A stretch of DNA of 64,000 bases from the human T2T-CHM13v2.0 reference genome, Homo sapiens: the NCBI RefSeq assembly GCF_009914755.1, contig NC_060940.1. One strand, 5' to 3'. Below the pieces are notes generated by a model. That model was not told the origin of the DNA. It saw only the letters and a program-made list of their open reading frames with translations, and searched no databases. Below are positions 59,887-64,000 of the stretch, one piece after another (position 1 is the stretch's first letter; each line of letters begins with the position of its first letter). Made by a program: the position numbers and the translations under genes.

Positions 59887-62524
59887 GTAAGTATACAGCA
59901 AATGATTTAAAACTTGCTGGGGGGCTCTCTGCAAAACTTTGATTCTGTTGGTTTGATGATGATTATTTGCAGCTGGGATTGCTGCAAAGCGTATTGCTGT
60001 AAACCAAGCATCACTTAAAAATCTTGCCAATGTGACCGGTTAACACTTGTCTCTCCTCTTGGTCTGGTCAAAATAGGCAAAGTGTCATTTCTCTTTTTGT
60101 CTACTCGCAGAATCTTACCCTCTGGTCTTTGAGTATTCATTGAGAATGCCCAAGTTCTAGTAAAACATGAAATTAGCATCTTATCGGGGGAATAGCCTGT
60201 GAATATCTTCATTTCTTCTTTTTTAAAGAACTACTGAATTTTATTGGAATTATGTCTAAGAGGAAAACAACTGGCAGACTTTACATTATGCTGCATTGGC
60301 TTAGATTTCTGAAGTTTGCAATTGGGCAGACCAGTAGCTGCCTGCATCTTTAAAATAATGCAGGCTAATAACTGAAATGTACTGCAGGCTTCAGGAGCAC
60401 CAGCACTGGCTGAGGCGAGTCTCAGTATTAAGAGCTGTGCCCTCGCTGCTAAGAGAATGAGACTTAGCGCTCTCCGGAAAGAGGAGCCTCTTCCTACATT
60501 TCGCTTAAAGGAAAACCAGTCAGGTGGTCTTTCAAAAGTAGGATTCCTTTGTGGTTGAATGCTTAACTGCATAAATTTGTAATTGAATGTTCTGATGAAA
60601 TAGAACCTATTTAGGGAAGATTGAAATCTTATTTATAATTTAGATATCATCCATAATAATTTGGCAGACTCCCTTCATCCACTCTTTATTAGAGATAGAA
60701 AAAGTTTTAAAAGTTATCTTTAGCTTAAATTCTCTAAATGGGAGAATTTTCCCCTCCTGATTAATGACAAACAAGCTTGGCAAATACAACTTTTTATTTT
60801 TTCTTGGATTTTAAAGGAAAAGCTCATTTGCTTTCCAAGAACTGGCTATGAGGCCTGTCCAGGAATTTATGTTGCTGCTGTATCATCAGGCTTAGATTTG
60901 GGGAACAGAGGCAGTAATCAGACATTTGCTATGGCATATCACTTGACTATGTTAAGAGTTCTGATATGTGAAAAACATGACAAACTCATGGGCACAAGTC
61001 AAATGTCCCCTCACAGTACCTGGCTCCCGTGATTTCGTGTTTCAGTTCAGAATGGGCTCATTTAATGTCACAGGGTATCCATCACTCTGAAAGAAGGAAC
61101 CTCACTTCAGGTGCTGCACATCAGATTCAACTTTAGTTTGAGTGTTGTGATAATCTCATAAGTCAATAAAATGTATAATTTCACCTAGTCAAAACCTTGG
61201 AATCTTATAATGGTAGCATTAGAAAAACATTGCATCATACAAGCAAACAATAACAACAACACCCACACACAAATGGAAGTTCTGTAGAAAAGGCATAAGT
61301 AATTCATCTTCCAACCACTAAAGTTCAACCAAAAAGAAAAGCACTAGAGGTCACTCTTACAATGTAAAGCACATCACCCCAAGCATCCTTCCCTCAAGAA
61401 AAGCAGAGCTTAAATCTGGCCTGTACTCCATTCAGTCTTTCCACTAGACTGCCTGTAGTTGGGTTTAAAATACATTAATCTAATTATTTGGGCTGCTAGT
61501 TGTTTATGTTTGCTTGTTTTCTTGAAGCTCAATAAAAAGTGTAGGGTGTACATCAACATTAAATAGCTTTCTTTTGCCATATATCTTCTTAGAAAAGAAA
61601 AGGTGCTGAAAGAGATCTGAGGAGAGTGTAATATTTATGTCTGCTTGGCTCTGGTTGGATCCCTCACTGACACTTAAAATTTCAGTGCTGGTTCTATATT
61701 CTTTCAGCCTTGGTTTGTTAAGGAAGTAGTCTAATGCTCTTTTAAACATCTGATGAACTTGCAAAACCTATACGATTTTTCATTATAAAAAACATTTAAA
61801 GTTGGAGTTCTTGCTTACCATGCATGTGGAGTTGACTGTTCTTCAAGTGTCAAAAATAAAATGAAATGACCTTATATAATTAAAGTTGCACTCAGTAATT
61901 TATTGTGAATATTTTGACAATATGATTTGCAGCAGTATGTGTAAAAGAAAATATTTCATTTCTCAATTTCTATTTCATTTTTCAATATTTAAGAAGTATT
62001 TTCTTTTTGGAAGAAGTAAGGTCTACTTGTACCAAGCCATGGTGGAAAGTACTTCATATGTTTCATCCTTTTTGGAAGGACAAGTGTATATATATTTCCC
62101 AGCAAGACTGGAATTTAGTGTAAGGACAAGCAACTATCAACCAGCATATGCATTTCTAAAGTATTATAATGACTCCAATAATTCTTCTGGACAAGACTTT
62201 ATATTAAGAAAAAGTGAGTCAGTCTTGACTACCAATAGTAATATTGGAAATAACTGAATATAAATAAATAAAATTAAAGGACTAGAAAGACTTTTCCCCT
62301 TTATTTACAGCTGATGAGCCAGGAGCAAATCTGTCATCTACAGAGTCAGCCCAAGGTTGCCAGTTTGAAAGCTTTCATGGGACAGAACTCTGCAAAACCA
62401 GTACAGCTCAGGGATTAGGTGCACTTTAATTTGAATGTTAATTGATCCAATTAAACAGCAGGGAAACTTTACATTAGAAGGATTCTGTTCAAAGACAAAC
62501 ATATATGTTCACATATATGTATAT

Positions 62525-62634
62525 GTGCTCATTTGTATATAGGTATATGTGTATGTAGATATCTAAACTACTAGACTCGTGCTCATTTGTATATACGTAT
62601 ATGTGTATGTAGATATCTGTAAACTACTAGACTC
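62525..62634. repeat. Two-copy tandem repeat, 54 + 56 bp
   Basis: gtgctcatttgtatata(g/c)gtatatgtgtatgtagatatct(gt)aaactactagactc twice. Confidence 0.92.
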
Positions 62635-63844
62635 ATGTGCTTGCATATTTTTGGTGGCCCTGTTAAGTACTTATCTGTCTAAAGATGAAATATGTTGAAT
62701 GAACCACGCTCCCTGCCTACTAGTATCCTGTCTGACATTTCAAAAGCAGTGGACTAGCCATAATTTTTTTCTCTTTGTTCTCATCAAGATGAGCTTTTAC
62801 AATTATATTGAAGTGTCCCTTCCATCAAAGTTTAGAGACGGATCCTTGCAGATGGGTGTGCTCTTTGAGAAGCTGCACTGGCTGTTCTTGGTTTCTTTGC
62901 TTGCTACTAAGAGACATGCATTAAGAACAGAGACATTTCTCTATTTTTTAATAGCTCTTATAAATCCAGTTTTTGAACATTAAGACATGGTTGAAGATGG
63001 GGTCAACTTACCCCAAGAGAAGGAATGGGTACAGTAGTAAGGCTGATAAGAGTTTGCTTTTATTTTAACTCTTGCAGATTATGTGAGGGAGGCTCTCTAG
63101 TTACTGGTATACTGAGCCGTACTCTTGAGAATAATTAATGCTCCCCAATGACTTAATTAGAAGTTAACATCTCACTGTGTTCTTTCTTTTCTCTGATGGA
63201 AATAAAGGCCGTATCTGATACCTACCCTAAAAGAAGCACTGAAGGATAGATGAAGGCAAATTGCCTAAGTAGATGATCACTCTTGTGGGTCCTGGGAGAC
63301 AGCTGGACAGATTCTCACATTGTTAAAACTCAACCTTGTAATTCTTTCTAGAAGCTACTTTCTTTTCCTCCCCCCACCATATTTACTCCTATAGCAGAAA
63401 ATAACTAGAATGCAATAGTAAAGTACTGATAAAATATAATTCTATGAGGCAATGCATAAATGGCTAGCCCCTATAAAGATCAGCACGTACTTTGACTCAC
63501 TTTTCTAATAGCAATGGTGATTTATTTTCATCTATTCAGTCCATTTTCTCCACTTCTTATTACATGCATCTCAATAATCTCTGATAAAGGCAGCCTCTAG
63601 CTCTGGAGATAACGTGACTCATGGGCCAACATGGGGATCAAACATAACTTTCACATAATACCTGGTGCTTACTCTAGGAAATAAAGATTATTGTCTTGTA
63701 AAATTAATTTTGGAATTTATATCATATGTAAGCAATTTCTGTATTGGAGCTAATGAGTATATCAAGATTAAATTGACTTTTGTTAAAGAAAATAGATTAA
63801 TAGAATTATATAACATCTATCATAAGATAATAAAATATTTAACT

Positions 63845-64000
63845 CAGGTTGGTAAACTGTGGCCCATGGGCTGAATCTGACCTGCTAGTAGTGACTGTTT
63901 TTGTATGACCCATGGGCTAAGAATAGTTCTTCCATTTTTAGCTGAAAAAAATTAAAAGAAGAATTCTTCATGGTAAAAAATAATTATATGAAATTCAAAT
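63845..64000 (+). mobile_element. MER58B-like DNA transposon (runs off the window)
   Basis: cag..tggtaaact.tggccca.gggc..aatctg, gctaagaat, aaattatatgaaattcaaat-like end. Confidence 0.8.

Larger units (their letters stand above)
59887..64000 (+). other. CNTNAP4: CNTNAP4 intron 1 (start)
   Basis: Follows the GTAAGT donor; no exon-2-like coding sequence recognised before the window end. Confidence 0.8.

Noticed and set aside
60388-60412. REST/RE1 site in intron 1
   Set aside because: ttcaggagcaccagcactgg lacks the correct left half spacing and the GGACAG right half.
62525-62634. CRISPR-like repeat/spacer array (also 41647-41688)
   Set aside because: Only two copies, eukaryotic context, no cas genes.

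Overview
Primate (most likely human) AT-rich, repeat-dense genomic DNA. The only host gene recognised is the 5' end of CNTNAP4 (Caspr4) on the + strand: a CpG-containing promoter (~59.3-59.55 kb), a GA-rich 5' leader and coding exon 1 (59802-59886, MGSVTGAVLKTLLLLSTQNWNRVEAGNS, then a GTAAGT donor), followed by intron 1. The ~59 kb upstream is intergenic. It holds a full-length RPL18 processed pseudogene with 17-bp TSDs, a full-length dead L1PA4-6-type LINE-1 inside an MSTA LTR, a near full-length old L1MB carrying nested L1MA/MST insertions, about 14 Alus, several solo LTRs, hAT DNA transposons, and MIR/L2 relics. Almost all ORF-track entries are repeat-derived or spurious. I found no new gene system. 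The best leads are regulatory: (1) a TAA-ATG-TGA stop/start-stop element overlapping AATAAA just before the CNTNAP4 start codon, closing a long uORF; (2) an open, extended L1 ORF0 with a splice donor pointing toward CNTNAP4; (3) CpG-retaining patches and CTCF/YY1-like motifs that may be distal elements. Repeat subfamily calls are from memory of consensus sequences, and boundaries without a TSD are approximate.
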